From Bacteroidota bacterium (GTDB taxonomy: Bacteria > Bacteroidota > Bacteroidia > UBA4408): a stretch of 64,000 bases of DNA. A model generated the notes under the pieces. The model was not told the origin of the DNA. It ran no database searches and saw only the letters and a program-made list of their open reading frames with translations. The position numbers and the translations under genes are program-made. The stretch spans positions 800,409 through 864,408 of the forward strand of contig JADKHO010000004.1 in assembly GCA_016721765.1 (NCBI GenBank), given 5' to 3'. Below are positions 40,486-50,980 of this stretch, one piece after another (the first letter of the stretch is position 1; the number at the start of each line of letters is the position of its first letter).

Positions 40486-43005
40486 TTATAAAATAACCTG
40501 CACGGTGGCACGGATTCCAAATTTAGCAATATTTGGATGGTCGAGGTACGATAATCGCCAAACGGCATCCACACGGAAAAATTTTAAAATATTTTCGATG
40601 CCTACACCTGCTTCCATATAAGGCTTGTTGTGCTCAAACAAACTAGCTGTATAACCTGCTTTATTGAGAGAATATAAGTTGTTGGGAAATAAAATAGCCT
40701 CTCTGTTTTCAGCGCTCACTTTCCCCACAACCGCCCGGCAAGAAGCAACTTCACGTAGTTTTAATTTACGTAAAAGTGGTATCCGGTTCAGGAAAAAGCC
40801 ATCAAAATGATGCACCAGTTTGGCACTTGCATACTCATCGCTCACAAACTCAAAATAATTCATGAGGTTAAAGGAATAAAAATCATAAGCAAAGGTCTCG
40901 TTTCCGGGATGCAACTCCAGCAAAGGATAGGGTATTTTTCCAAATATTTTACCATACTCCAACACATAATTGGTATACCCAATCGGATTAATTCGGATAC
41001 GGTCATCGATATTCACAACAATTTTTTTGTAATCATAATTGCTCTCCAATACCCCTTTAAAACCTTCTGTAAACTGAACTTGAAAAATGGGTGATTTGGT
41101 TCCTAAACTAACGCGGTCAAACTCTCCATCCAAGAAACGCTCGCCATACGCAAATCGAATATTAATGCCAATTTCAGAAGATTTTATATTCCCTATATTA
41201 AAGGTATCCACGATATTTTCCGTGTACCTGTATTTGGTATTACCCAACGGTGTCATGATACGATGGGTGAGGATTAATTTTGTATTAAAACCACTAAACC
41301 ATTCCTTATCGTAAAAGCCGCGGTATTGCTCCACTCTTGTTAAATTAGAAAGCGGATTTCTTCTAAAAATAGTAACAAATAAATTATCCTGCCGAAAGGC
41401 ATTGGCATTTTGCCCCAAAATTTCGTAATCGTTTTTATAATTAAAAGAAAGCATTTGACGGGTTGGCTTCTTTTGCAACATCCAGCGAAAGCCGGCACCA
41501 ACCTTATATTTCTCGTCCTTAAATCCATAGGCAGTATAACCATTTAGCTCAAACCACTTGCTAAATGAGTTGCTTGTTCGCCCTCCTACACGCACCCTGC
41601 TGCCTTCAATTGTATTGGTACTGTATATTGAAAAAAGGGGACCCAACTCAATCATTTTATACACATAGTATCCCCCGTAAAGGGTTTTCACCAAATCTGA
41701 ATAACGCTTAAATGCAGGAAGCGTGCGAATGGTATCCACCAAATGATAAATTGATTCTTCGTTTTTCGAAAGGGTATCATGTCGCGCTTCTTCCCAAAAT
41801 TTATTGTCCTTATCGTTCGCTCCTTCTTCCACAATTAAGTTATCGGTTTTGGAATAAAATTTCTCCTCTTTGGGTTGATTAATAATAATGTTCTTGTATG
41901 AAGTTGTTTTACGCCCATAAACGCCCATCATCTTTTTATCCAGTAGTGCAAAATCAATCACCAGCTTATCCTTACTCAACATCCAATTATTGCCCACCAA
42001 ATTGTAGTCTTGAATTACGTTTAATGCAACTATATAATTGATGTTGGCATCATCCGGAATACTCATTTCGAGACGCTTTACAGCGAAGGTGGTATCTGCA
42101 ATCCACATGTTTCCGATAAAAGCCAATTCCTGTTTTCTTTTGGGTTTAAACTGCAAATGATAACACCAATGATTCTCGAGAAACAAGGAATCAATTAGGT
42201 AATAACGGTAAAAAATCAAACCATTGTCAGACAGCGGGCTTGTAAAATTTTTATCAATAACCAATATGGCATTGTCATAGATATTCACCTGCTGATACAT
42301 GTTTCCCAGCACTTGCGAAACACTTTCGTTTTTAATTCCTGCCACTTTACTGGCCTTTATAATCTCCTTTTTAAATTTTGGATTCTTTTTAAAATAATAG
42401 TCGCTTAGTGTTTCGGTAATAAACATTGGCAAACTGGGCTTTTCCTCCTTATTGGTACTGTCAATATTATCAAACACAAAATTAAAGGGCTTTAAAAGCC
42501 TTCGCTTTTTCATTTTTTGAGAAATATTATTGATGTCGATTTCAATTTTATTATACGTTTCGTACTGATAGGCATCCAGCTTTTTAATGTCATTTTCATC
42601 CTTGTGCTTTATCACCTTACGGAAGAGAATATTGGCGGGATTTTCACCGGGTTTTATGACTACTTCTTTTAAAGCAACAGCATTCACACTCAATTCCACC
42701 TTTATTTCTTGAGCCAAACCACGCTTTACCGCTTTAGATTTAGGAATGTAACCGATATAAGAAAACAGTATACTGTCCACCTTTTCAGAGGTGGTTAGTA
42801 AAAAATTTCCATCAAAATCAGAGGTTGTCCCAATGCGGGTGCCTTTAAATACAATATTCACAAACGGCAAGGGTTCCTTTGTTTCGCTATCGAACACCCT
42901 TCCGCTCACACGAGTTACTTGTGAGAAGCCTAATTGGGGTAATACACAAAAGAAAAATAAAATCTTAAAATACTGGTGCAACAAGGATTTATAACTTACG
43001 CTCAC
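40486..43005 (-). CDS. Carboxypeptidase-regulatory-like domain plus DUF5686 family protein (secreted)
   Basis: 839 aa. A signal peptide and a CarbopepD_reg-like beta-sandwich ([38 protein letters not shown]), then a long conserved Bacteroidota-specific region. The DUF5686 family name is from memory. Confidence 0.55.
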   Translation of the reverse strand: MSVSYKSLLHQYFKILFFFCVLPQLGFSQVTRVSGRVFDSETKEPLPFVNIVFKGTRIGTTSDFDGNFLLTTSEKVDSILFSYIGYIPKSKAVKRGLAQEIKVELSVNAVALKEVVIKPGENPANILFRKVIKHKDENDIKKLDAYQYETYNKIEIDINNISQKMKKRRLLKPFNFVFDNIDSTNKEEKPSLPMFITETLSDYYFKKNPKFKKEIIKASKVAGIKNESVSQVLGNMYQQVNIYDNAILVIDKNFTSPLSDNGLIFYRYYLIDSLFLENHWCYHLQFKPKRKQELAFIGNMWIADTTFAVKRLEMSIPDDANINYIVALNVIQDYNLVGNNWMLSKDKLVIDFALLDKKMMGVYGRKTTSYKNIIINQPKEEKFYSKTDNLIVEEGANDKDNKFWEEARHDTLSKNEESIYHLVDTIRTLPAFKRYSDLVKTLYGGYYVYKMIELGPLFSIYSTNTIEGSRVRVGGRTSNSFSKWFELNGYTAYGFKDEKYKVGAGFRWMLQKKPTRQMLSFNYKNDYEILGQNANAFRQDNLFVTIFRRNPLSNLTRVEQYRGFYDKEWFSGFNTKLILTHRIMTPLGNTKYRYTENIVDTFNIGNIKSSEIGINIRFAYGERFLDGEFDRVSLGTKSPIFQVQFTEGFKGVLESNYDYKKIVVNIDDRIRINPIGYTNYVLEYGKIFGKIPYPLLELHPGNETFAYDFYSFNLMNYFEFVSDEYASAKLVHHFDGFFLNRIPLLRKLKLREVASCRAVVGKVSAENREAILFPNNLYSLNKAGYTASLFEHNKPYMEAGVGIENILKFFRVDAVWRLSYLDHPNIAKFGIRATVQVIL

Positions 43006-43072
43006 GCTTGAATTCGGGTCTTAGATAATTGCCAAATGTAATAAATGCTCTTTATATTTTAGCCACAAATTA

Positions 43073-43714
43073 TCAAGGATTTAAGCGCGAAATCAACCAG
43101 CTTCCATTTTTTAAAGAATAGCTGATACGGTCGTGTAATCGACTTGGACGGCCTTGCCAAAATTCGAAATATTCGGGCACCACTCTGTAGCCTCCCCAGT
43201 GTGGTGGACAAGGAATGGGAACGCCTTCATATTTTTGTGTGTAATATCGAACCTGATCTTCTAAGGTTGCTCTGCTTTCAATTTCCAAACTTTGCAAAGA
43301 TGCCCATGCGCCAATTTGGCTTTCACGTGGACGCGAATTAAAATAAGCTTCGGATTCTTCTACATTAATTTTTTCAATGCAACCTTCAATGCGCACTTGG
43401 CGTTCGATTTGCTGCCAAAAAAAGTTGAGGGCTACATTCGGGTTTTGAGAAGCGTCACCACCTTTTTTACTCTTGTAATTAGTAAAGAAAACAAATCCGG
43501 CTGCATCAAAGTTTCGCAACAAAACGACACGTATAGAAGGCTTTCCCGCTGCCGAAACAGTTGCCAGAGTCATGGCATGCGGTTCGGGCAGCTCTGCACT
43601 CATGGCATCTTCGAACCATTTTTTAAATTGATGTGTGGGATTTAAATCATGTTCCCCTTCGAGTAACGTGGAAAGGGCATATTCCTGACGAAGATGCCGT
43701 ATTTTGTCATTCAT
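43073..43714 (-). CDS. pdxH: Pyridoxamine 5'-phosphate oxidase
   Basis: 213 aa. The FMN-binding segments LATVSAAGKPSIRVVLL and FFTNYKSKKG, and the C-terminal HWGGYRV, are typical of PdxH. Confidence 0.9.
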   Translation of the reverse strand: MNDKIRHLRQEYALSTLLEGEHDLNPTHQFKKWFEDAMSAELPEPHAMTLATVSAAGKPSIRVVLLRNFDAAGFVFFTNYKSKKGGDASQNPNVALNFFWQQIERQVRIEGCIEKINVEESEAYFNSRPRESQIGAWASLQSLEIESRATLEDQVRYYTQKYEGVPIPCPPHWGGYRVVPEYFEFWQGRPSRLHDRISYSLKNGSWLISRLNP

Positions 43715-43946
43715 AAGCGTGCGTTTTAATAAGCATACAAAGATGGAAATCTATTTTTAATTCCGCACTGACATTTATCACCATCGGCTAAACCAATTAA
43801 CGATAAAATTGTACCAATCGCCTAAAGTAAAAAACCATTTTTTTGTATGTGAGTATAAACTTTAAAATTGAAAAAATGTTTAGCATTAAAATTGCAAGGC
43901 AACAACTAAAAGTCACTTTTTTTCGTTTGTACTAAAAACAGTAATC

Positions 43947-44510
43947 ATGATCGTAAATAAGCTAAAAGCAACCCGTGGCAAATTACTCATATCGGAACCT
44001 ACCTTAGCCGATTCCTATTTTAAACGTTCAGTGGTGTTACTTGCCGAGCACAATTCAAATGGATCAGTGGGCTTTATCTTAAATAAGCGTGTGGATATGC
44101 GCCTCAACGAAGCTATTGATGATTTTAAAGGTTTTGATTTTCCACTTTATTTTGGCGGCCCTGTGAAACGCGACAATCTTTTTTACCTACACACATTTGG
44201 TGAGTTAATTGAAGGAAGTTTGCCGGTATCTGAAGGTTTATCTTGGGGTGGCAATTTTGAATCATTAAAAACCCTAATTCTTGAAGGGAAAGCAACAGAG
44301 CATCAAATAAAATTCTTTTTAGGTTACTCCGGATGGGAGCCAAATCAGTTGGCGCGTGAATTGGAAGAACATTCCTGGTTTGTTGCCAATTCCACAAAAT
44401 CGATGATTATGCAAGCCAGCGATAAAGAAATGTGGCGGCAGGTAATGAAAGCGATGGGTGAAGAGTTTGCCCTCTTAAGTAATTTTCCGGACAACCCTTC
44501 AATGAACTAA
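43947..44510 (+). CDS. YqgE/AlgH family protein (UPF0301)
   Basis: 187 aa. GKLLISEPTLADSYFKRSVVLLAEHNSNGSVGFILNK matches the YqgE/AlgH consensus. Confidence 0.85.
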   Translation: MIVNKLKATRGKLLISEPTLADSYFKRSVVLLAEHNSNGSVGFILNKRVDMRLNEAIDDFKGFDFPLYFGGPVKRDNLFYLHTFGELIEGSLPVSEGLSWGGNFESLKTLILEGKATEHQIKFFLGYSGWEPNQLARELEEHSWFVANSTKSMIMQASDKEMWRQVMKAMGEEFALLSNFPDNPSMN

Positions 44511-45350
44511 TTCGTTGATTATGGCGTTAATTTTTCTGGAAGTGGTATTGAAGTAGCGCTTGTTTTTATAAGAGCCAACCCACTGAATCCCATTGATAGA
44601 ATTGGTTAAAAAAACTTCATCTGCGCGCAGCAAATCGTTTGGCAGAATTGCCGGTTCATAAATATTGATACGGTGTTTGGGAGCTGTTTCAAGAATTATT
44701 TTTCGCATCACTCCATCCAAACAACCTTCACTTAGCGTAGGTGTATATAGCGCTCCATTAATTACTAAAAACAAATTGGAGCTGATCGCTTCACACACAT
44801 GGCTTTTGTCATTAAGTAATATGCAATCGTCAAATTTATTCTCGGTTTTATAAATTCCTGCCATCACATAAGTCAGGCAGTTGTTTGTTTTAAAATTGGA
44901 GAGCGGATGAATTTGCTTTTTGATTTCGGAATAAAGTTCAACCTGTAACCCTTTAGTATTTAATTCAAATTGATTGTGTTCAATTGCAACTGCTTCGATA
45001 CTAAATTTTGCTTTGTTTGCAAGCGGTGTATAAAGGCCTCCATCCTCTCGGAAAACAGTAATTCGGATTTTTCCACCTTGTAAAATCTTATTTTTTTCCA
45101 TTAAATTTTTCAAGTGTTGCGCTATGATTTCCTCTTTCAAAAAATCAGCTGCATTTAACTTTAAAAATTCGCATGCCCTTTTTAAACGTGCCACATGCAA
45201 AGGCAAAAATGGTACTTTACCATCCACTATTCGTATCGACTCAAACACCCCATCGCCATAGCGAAATGCTCTATTGGCAAGAGTAAATAGAGGTTTATCA
45301 CTTTCTATCAACTCCCCATTCAGGTTACTATAATTTAATTGTATACTCAT
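44499..45350 (-). CDS. Class IV aminotransferase-fold protein (aminodeoxychorismate lyase / BCAT-like)
   Basis: 283 aa. The fold-type IV PLP region includes a conserved R...E..R region. The length fits PabC-type lyases. It overlaps the yqgE end by 12 nt on the opposite strand. Confidence 0.6.
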   Translation of the reverse strand: MSIQLNYSNLNGELIESDKPLFTLANRAFRYGDGVFESIRIVDGKVPFLPLHVARLKRACEFLKLNAADFLKEEIIAQHLKNLMEKNKILQGGKIRITVFREDGGLYTPLANKAKFSIEAVAIEHNQFELNTKGLQVELYSEIKKQIHPLSNFKTNNCLTYVMAGIYKTENKFDDCILLNDKSHVCEAISSNLFLVINGALYTPTLSEGCLDGVMRKIILETAPKHRINIYEPAILPNDLLRADEVFLTNSINGIQWVGSYKNKRYFNTTSRKINAIINELVH

Positions 45351-45355
45351 AAAAC

Positions 45356-46006
45356 TTAGCGTGAAAACCAGTTTATCATCTGGTAATAAAAATTAATGGC
45401 AATGTTTTTATTCAATAAAATGGTAAACATAATGCCAAACAAAGCTCCAAAAAAATGTGCATCATGCCCAATTGAATCGGTGCCTTTTTTCGCCATATAA
45501 TAACTATACACCAAGTAGGCTACTCCAAATACTACTGCCGGAAAGTGAAAAGGAATTAAAAGTAATCCCATAGGTGCCAATGGATCAAACAAAATACTCG
45601 AAAACACAACAGCAGAAATGGCTCCCGAAGCGCCCACCGCATTGTAATAACTGTGATTTTTATGCTTTTCGTAAGCGGGTATTACACTTGCAAATAAAGC
45701 GCCTACATAAAGTAATATAAAATAAAGCGTGCTCCGTTCTTGAAAATACTGGCTGAAAAAAAACTCCACCCAGTTTCCAAAGCTATACAGCACATACATG
45801 TTTACAAAAAGATGCAAACCATCGGCATGCACTAATCCATAGCTTAAAAAACGATAGCCTTGTTTACGGTTATGGATTTCATAAGCATTAAAGCGCATCT
45901 GATGCATCCAATCGGGCTTATTAAATGCGATAAGCGACACCACACACGTAATAAGTAAAATAATTATTGATATGCTCATGTTTATATACAGCAAAATTCG
46001 CTGCAA
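45356..46006 (-). CDS. Rhomboid family intramembrane serine protease
   Basis: 6 TMs, with the GxSG catalytic motif (GASGAISAV) and a downstream His in a TM helix. Confidence 0.75.
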   Translation of the reverse strand: MQRILLYINMSISIIILLITCVVSLIAFNKPDWMHQMRFNAYEIHNRKQGYRFLSYGLVHADGLHLFVNMYVLYSFGNWVEFFFSQYFQERSTLYFILLYVGALFASVIPAYEKHKNHSYYNAVGASGAISAVVFSSILFDPLAPMGLLLIPFHFPAVVFGVAYLVYSYYMAKKGTDSIGHDAHFFGALFGIMFTILLNKNIAINFYYQMINWFSR

Positions 46007-46100
46007 AGAACATAAAGAAAAGTCAAGGATTGAAATTTCCTTGCATTTTATTCTTAAGAATTAATAATTGTTTTGGTGGGTTCAAATCAAAAGTTTGCAA

Positions 46101-46967
46101 TTAAGGCTTAAATTCTTTTGATTTACCTCTAGCTATCGAAAGGGTTTTCCAAGCATCTCCTCGTAGTTGCTTTGCTAAATAAACTATTTGACCTGTGTGC
46201 GCAGCATAGTGCGCAATCTGACGTAAAATCGCTTTCATTACCGAGTGGGCTTCACCGCGTATGTATACTAATTTCAATAGCTCCTCCCCTTTTAACGCAA
46301 CCAAGGAATTAAAAAATACTGTCCAGCCCTTTTCCCAAATCTCCATCAGTTCCTCACGTGTATGCAGGTGAAGTTCAAATTCCGTATCCCGTTCGCGATT
46401 TTCCTTTTCACCATCCGTGGTTAAAAAATCAGTCCAGCGTGATATCATATTACCACTTAAATGCTGCGCAATGATGGCAATGCTGTTGGATTCGCTGTTA
46501 GCCTGATAAAAAAGTTCCTCGTCGCTTACTTGTGCCATTGCCTTTTCTGCCTGCTGTTTTAGCTCTTTAAATTGTTTGACAGCCAAGTGCAAAAAATGCG
46601 ATTCTGTAAGAAATAAGTCAATACTTTCGGTTGCATCCGGAAAAGTAAACTCACCGTTAGGTTGGGGCTTAAACGAAAATGCACCCACAATTGCATTGCA
46701 ATTTAACTTTCCGTAAATATGAGGATACATTACCTCTCCCCCGCTAAGGTTCTCGTACTTTACAGGGGCTGCAATTGCTGTTTCATTTAGTTGCAAGAGT
46801 ACCAAGTCAGTTTTTCCTTTAAACCTGCGGTTTGCGGTATTTGCAACTTCTTCGCGTGTGGAACAATGTATGAAACCCTCGGAAAACAGTGATTCTACCA
46901 CATAAAATCCTGCTTGAGATGCATTTTCAAGATTCTCCTTGGTGGCGATGTGATAAATTGCTTTCAT
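46101..46967 (-). CDS. DUF952 domain protein with a C-terminal DinB/DUF1572-like four-helix-bundle region
   Basis: The N-terminal half matches the DUF952 pattern (..GFIHCST..). The C-terminal half has a conserved-His pattern (IIAQHLSGNM..RW.., ..IAHYAAHTGQIVY) similar to DinB_2. Confidence 0.5.
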   Translation of the reverse strand: MKAIYHIATKENLENASQAGFYVVESLFSEGFIHCSTREEVANTANRRFKGKTDLVLLQLNETAIAAPVKYENLSGGEVMYPHIYGKLNCNAIVGAFSFKPQPNGEFTFPDATESIDLFLTESHFLHLAVKQFKELKQQAEKAMAQVSDEELFYQANSESNSIAIIAQHLSGNMISRWTDFLTTDGEKENRERDTEFELHLHTREELMEIWEKGWTVFFNSLVALKGEELLKLVYIRGEAHSVMKAILRQIAHYAAHTGQIVYLAKQLRGDAWKTLSIARGKSKEFKP

Positions 46968-49066
46968 TCCTTTTGCAATTCGTTCATGATAAATCCGTAC
47001 GTATCGACTAGCTCTTGAATCCGCGAAGAATTAGTGGAGGCACCATAATGTCCAGACCTTTTCGCAATCTTAATAATTATAGGATTTTTTTGTTCACTTC
47101 TGTTTTGCATCTTGGCGGCAAACTTATAGGAATGAAAGGGTGGCACGCGATCATCATTTTCGGAGGTTATCAACAGCATTGATGGATAATTTTGAGATTC
47201 CAAAACATTGTGATATGGAGAATACTTTAATAGATGCACAAAATTAAGACTATCAGTTACTGTTCCATATTCCTTAATATTTAAAATCCCGGTAGTAAAT
47301 TTTTCCTTTCGAATCATATCCAATGGAGCTACACTGGCAACGACTGTTTTGAATAATCCAGGCTGTTGAATAGCAGCCGCAGCAACCACTAATCCACCAT
47401 GCGATGCTCCTTTAATGGCAAGTTTCTTAGGTGAAGTATATTTATTGCTTATTAAGTACTCGGCAGCAGCAATAAAATCATCAATAGCATTTTGCTTTTT
47501 GTTTTCCTTTCCCTCCATTGCCCAACTTATTCCTTTGTCGCCACCGCCCCTAATATTAGCAAAAGCAAAAACGCCACCACTTTTTACCAAATTAACAATT
47601 CCCGGATCAAAACTAGCTTGTTCAACTAAACCAAATCCTCCATAAGCACTTAAAATCGTTGGATTAGTCCCATTCAATTTTAGTCCCTTTTCATATACAA
47701 TCGTCATGTTAACCGGTGTACTGTCTTTTGAATAATAGGTTAGCTCTTTGTATTCTATATCCCTACTGTAGAAGTTAACTACTGTGGCTTGAAGCAATTC
47801 ATCTTTAAAATCATTTATTCTCAATTTATGAGCTACCGGAGGAATTGTATAAGAGGTGTAACAATAATAAAGTGCATCGTCATCCCAGTCGCCACTGATA
47901 TTTAGTACACTGGTTGCTATTGGTAGCTCCAGACTTTTTAAAGCGTTACCAGCGTAATCATAAAGCGTAAAAACAGGATGCTGATCAGATTGAAAAAGGG
48001 TAACAATCCTATCTTTGTAGAGTTGCGCATGCATGAGTAAAGCCCTAGAAAATCCATGAATAAGTTCCTTCCATTTATATGGATCATTTGGATCGACTTC
48101 CACTATGCTTCCTGTATTTGATTTATAGTTGGAAAGTGCAATAAATTTATCCCCTATATTGTCAATCACATCAATATTTTGATCCTTAATCAAATTCATA
48201 AATAAAGGGCGCATATATAGTTTTTCGGCCCATGTATCTACATAAAAAATATTTCTAGTATCGCTCTTTTCATTGATTTCCGAAAGAATAAAAAATCGCT
48301 CATCGCTGGTAGTTTTATACGAAAAACGATTTCTATCACTTACTTTTCTTTGAAACACAAGACTATCTTGTCGTTGTGGTGTGCCAATCCTATGATAAAA
48401 AACTCTTTGTCCCCGTGCCAGTGCAAATTGCTCATCGCGCGAATACGTCGAATAGTAAAAACCATCCTTTAGCCAGGAAATTGAAGAAAATCTTAAATCT
48501 ACCAAGCTATCTTTAAGTTCCTTTCCATCCTCTAATGAAACTACCCTTGCCTCTCTCCAATCGCTGCCATTTCTTCCAAAAAGATAAACTAACCATTTCG
48601 AATCTTTCGAAACGTGATAATCATAAAGGTCTATAACGTCTGTATTAGAAAGCAAATCGGGGTTAACAAGCATCTTAGGAACTCCATTAAACGTTCTGCA
48701 ATAGTACAAGGCACGCGTTTTTGTTCCTCTTCCATAATAGCTAAAAAAATACTTTCCAAATTTATTGGGTATCTCAAATTCGGTGAAAGAATACTTTTTT
48801 AAGGATGCCAATGAACCAGTTTTATTTGCCGCACTTGCTAAATATTTATCTGCGGCTTTATTCTCATTTTCAATCCAATTAATTGATTCTGCACTCGAAG
48901 TATTTTCAAGCCATTGGTAAGAATCCTTTACAATATACTCCTTGTAAAAGGTATCTTGAACTAGCTTCTCGACCGCAATAACTGGTTGGTAGTGTTGTGC
49001 TAAACCACGAAATGAAAACACAATTAATAAAATGGGAATGTAAATTCTCTTGGATGTTTTATGCAT
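46964..49066 (-). CDS. Prolyl oligopeptidase family (S9) serine peptidase
   Basis: 700 aa with a signal peptide, an N-terminal beta-propeller-like region, and a C-terminal alpha/beta hydrolase with GASHGGLVVAAA (GxSxGG nucleophile elbow). Confidence 0.8.
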   Translation of the reverse strand: MHKTSKRIYIPILLIVFSFRGLAQHYQPVIAVEKLVQDTFYKEYIVKDSYQWLENTSSAESINWIENENKAADKYLASAANKTGSLASLKKYSFTEFEIPNKFGKYFFSYYGRGTKTRALYYCRTFNGVPKMLVNPDLLSNTDVIDLYDYHVSKDSKWLVYLFGRNGSDWREARVVSLEDGKELKDSLVDLRFSSISWLKDGFYYSTYSRDEQFALARGQRVFYHRIGTPQRQDSLVFQRKVSDRNRFSYKTTSDERFFILSEINEKSDTRNIFYVDTWAEKLYMRPLFMNLIKDQNIDVIDNIGDKFIALSNYKSNTGSIVEVDPNDPYKWKELIHGFSRALLMHAQLYKDRIVTLFQSDQHPVFTLYDYAGNALKSLELPIATSVLNISGDWDDDALYYCYTSYTIPPVAHKLRINDFKDELLQATVVNFYSRDIEYKELTYYSKDSTPVNMTIVYEKGLKLNGTNPTILSAYGGFGLVEQASFDPGIVNLVKSGGVFAFANIRGGGDKGISWAMEGKENKKQNAIDDFIAAAEYLISNKYTSPKKLAIKGASHGGLVVAAAAIQQPGLFKTVVASVAPLDMIRKEKFTTGILNIKEYGTVTDSLNFVHLLKYSPYHNVLESQNYPSMLLITSENDDRVPPFHSYKFAAKMQNRSEQKNPIIIKIAKRSGHYGASTNSSRIQELVDTYGFIMNELQKE

Positions 49067-49134
49067 ACAGTTGAATTGTTTGTTCTTTGGAAGAGTCGAT
49101 TTTCAAATGTAAGATTTCCAATTGTATACGCAAA

Positions 49135-49605
49135 CTATTTTGGCACCGGCCGATAAAAAATCATCTTACCGGCAACTTTATCCTTAACTATTAAATCATC
49201 AATCTGAACTTTTCTTTTTCCATTCACATTTTGTTCAGCAATTTTATATACTCCGGGCGAAATCACTTCATACACGATGGCAGTATGCTTTGGGAATGTC
49301 CACGTTTCGCCATTACTGCTTTTCATTTTTACGTTTGTAAACTGAATTAAATCACCGGGATAAATGCTGTCTTTTTGAGGATCTACTACTTTACCAAATT
49401 GGTTGGGAAAAGTCCAAGCTGCATTGGCTCTGGTTAACGCCTGATTGGCTAAATCCCAGCATTCACCTCTATCCACTTTTTTACCGATGGTTGTTTTTAC
49501 ATAGTCAATAATTGTTGCATTTAGGGCCGGAAGAGTTGGATTTACCTGCGCCGATGCGATTGAAGTCAGCAAAACGAATTGGAGTAACAAAATAATTTTT
49601 TTCAT
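49135..49605 (-). CDS. Small secreted hypothetical protein with a Cys...His pair (possible CHAP/NlpC-P60-like papain fold)
   Basis: 156 aa. Signal peptide MKKIILLLQFVLLTSIASAQ, a GECWDLA motif and a downstream FPKHTAIVYEV. The assignment is speculative. Confidence 0.4.
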   Translation of the reverse strand: MKKIILLLQFVLLTSIASAQVNPTLPALNATIIDYVKTTIGKKVDRGECWDLANQALTRANAAWTFPNQFGKVVDPQKDSIYPGDLIQFTNVKMKSSNGETWTFPKHTAIVYEVISPGVYKIAEQNVNGKRKVQIDDLIVKDKVAGKMIFYRPVPK

Positions 49606-49774
49606 AAACGGATTTTGACTGAAATAATGTAATGTAATAGAACGCTGATTTTTTAAGATAATTATGATATTTTATGTTGATTATGATTTTTTATGAATTG
49701 GGAATGGAAGGCTGATTGGGCGGATGATGCGGATTTTCACTGATGTTTGTGTACAAAACCCAAGGTGAGTCCAA

Positions 49775-50269
49775 TTATTTACTGCTCTTTTTTATCATTC
49801 TAAAATCATTCATGTAATATCCATCCCCAAAGTGATTGTCGACCACATCTGCAATTTTAAAACCCATCTTAAAATAGAAATTAACCGATTTAAAATTTTG
49901 GCGGTTTACAAAAAGTTGAATTTGAGAATAGTGCAAACTATCAAACACTAATCTAAAAATTGCTTCGCCCAAGCCTTGTTGTTGATTTTCTTGCAGAATG
50001 TAAAATTTATTCAAAAAACATTGGTCTGAATCTTCTAAACTAATCGCCATATAACCGCAATCTACTCCATCTGCGGAAGCGATAAAATAAGTATAATTAG
50101 GGTTATTAATTTCTTTGCTTAATTGGGCAGTGGAATACATTTTTGCCAACATGTATTCAATTTGTTCCATGCTAATGATGTGTATATAATGCCTTTTCCA
50201 AATGCTTTCGGAAAGTGTTCGAATCAATGGAATATCGGCCAAATTTGCCTTTCTGATGGTTACCTTCAT
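49775..50269 (-). CDS. GNAT family N-acetyltransferase
   Basis: 164 aa. An acetyl-CoA binding motif Q/RxxGxG/A appears as QQGLGEAIF. Confidence 0.75.
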   Translation of the reverse strand: MKVTIRKANLADIPLIRTLSESIWKRHYIHIISMEQIEYMLAKMYSTAQLSKEINNPNYTYFIASADGVDCGYMAISLEDSDQCFLNKFYILQENQQQGLGEAIFRLVFDSLHYSQIQLFVNRQNFKSVNFYFKMGFKIADVVDNHFGDGYYMNDFRMIKKSSK

Positions 50270-50281
50270 TATATGCGGATA

Positions 50282-50848
50282 TCAACTATCTATCCAATTT
50301 TTTAGCAGCTTTTCACCGTATTCGGTGAGTATGGATTCGGGATGAAACTGCACGCCACTTAAATTATAGGTTGTGTGCCGCATGGCCATGATGTTGCCGT
50401 CATTATCCACTGCTGTTATCTTAAATGCTTCAGGTAAAGTTAATTTATCCACCACCCATGAATGGTACCTTCCTCCTGCAAAAGTTGTGGGTATATCACA
50501 AAACAAAGCATCCGGGGAAATAATGTGTGTAGGCAGCGCAACCCCATGAAAAACAATTGAAAGATTTACCAGCGATCCTCCCATAGCTACCGCCAAAGCT
50601 TGGTGGCCGAGGCAAACCCCTAGGATGCTTTTTGATTTATAATACCTTTGAATAAATGGCAACAGAATGCCTGCTTCCTCCGGTAATCCGGGACCCGGTG
50701 AGAGTACAATTTTATCATAGGCTTCAAATTCAGCCAGCTCCATTTCATTATTTCGGCGCACCTCCACTTCGTAACCACTCACCTTTTCAATTAAATGAAC
50801 CAGGTTGTAGGTAAATGAATCAAAGTTATCTAACAATAAAATTTTCAT
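50282..50848 (-). CDS. Glutamine amidotransferase, anthranilate/aminodeoxychorismate synthase component II (TrpG/PabA)
   Basis: 188 aa. A class I GATase triad context GVCLGHQAL and a downstream His-Glu region. Confidence 0.8.
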   Translation of the reverse strand: MKILLLDNFDSFTYNLVHLIEKVSGYEVEVRRNNEMELAEFEAYDKIVLSPGPGLPEEAGILLPFIQRYYKSKSILGVCLGHQALAVAMGGSLVNLSIVFHGVALPTHIISPDALFCDIPTTFAGGRYHSWVVDKLTLPEAFKITAVDNDGNIMAMRHTTYNLSGVQFHPESILTEYGEKLLKNWIDS

Positions 50849-50923
50849 AGCTGGGGCACAAAGCGGGAATGAAAATAGTAATTTTTTAAAAGCACCTTGT
50901 TGCTCATTCGCTAAAAATTGGAT

Positions 50924-50962
50924 TCAAAAAAAAGAGGCAACCCGAAATTCGAATTGCCTCTT
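50924..50962 (-). terminator. Rho-independent terminator downstream of secDF (minus strand)
   Basis: On the minus strand: agaggcaattcgaatttcgggttgcctcttttttttg. An 8-bp stem (agaggcaa / ttgcctct) followed by T8. Confidence 0.65.
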
Positions 50963-50980
50963 CCTGATATGCTAAATTAA

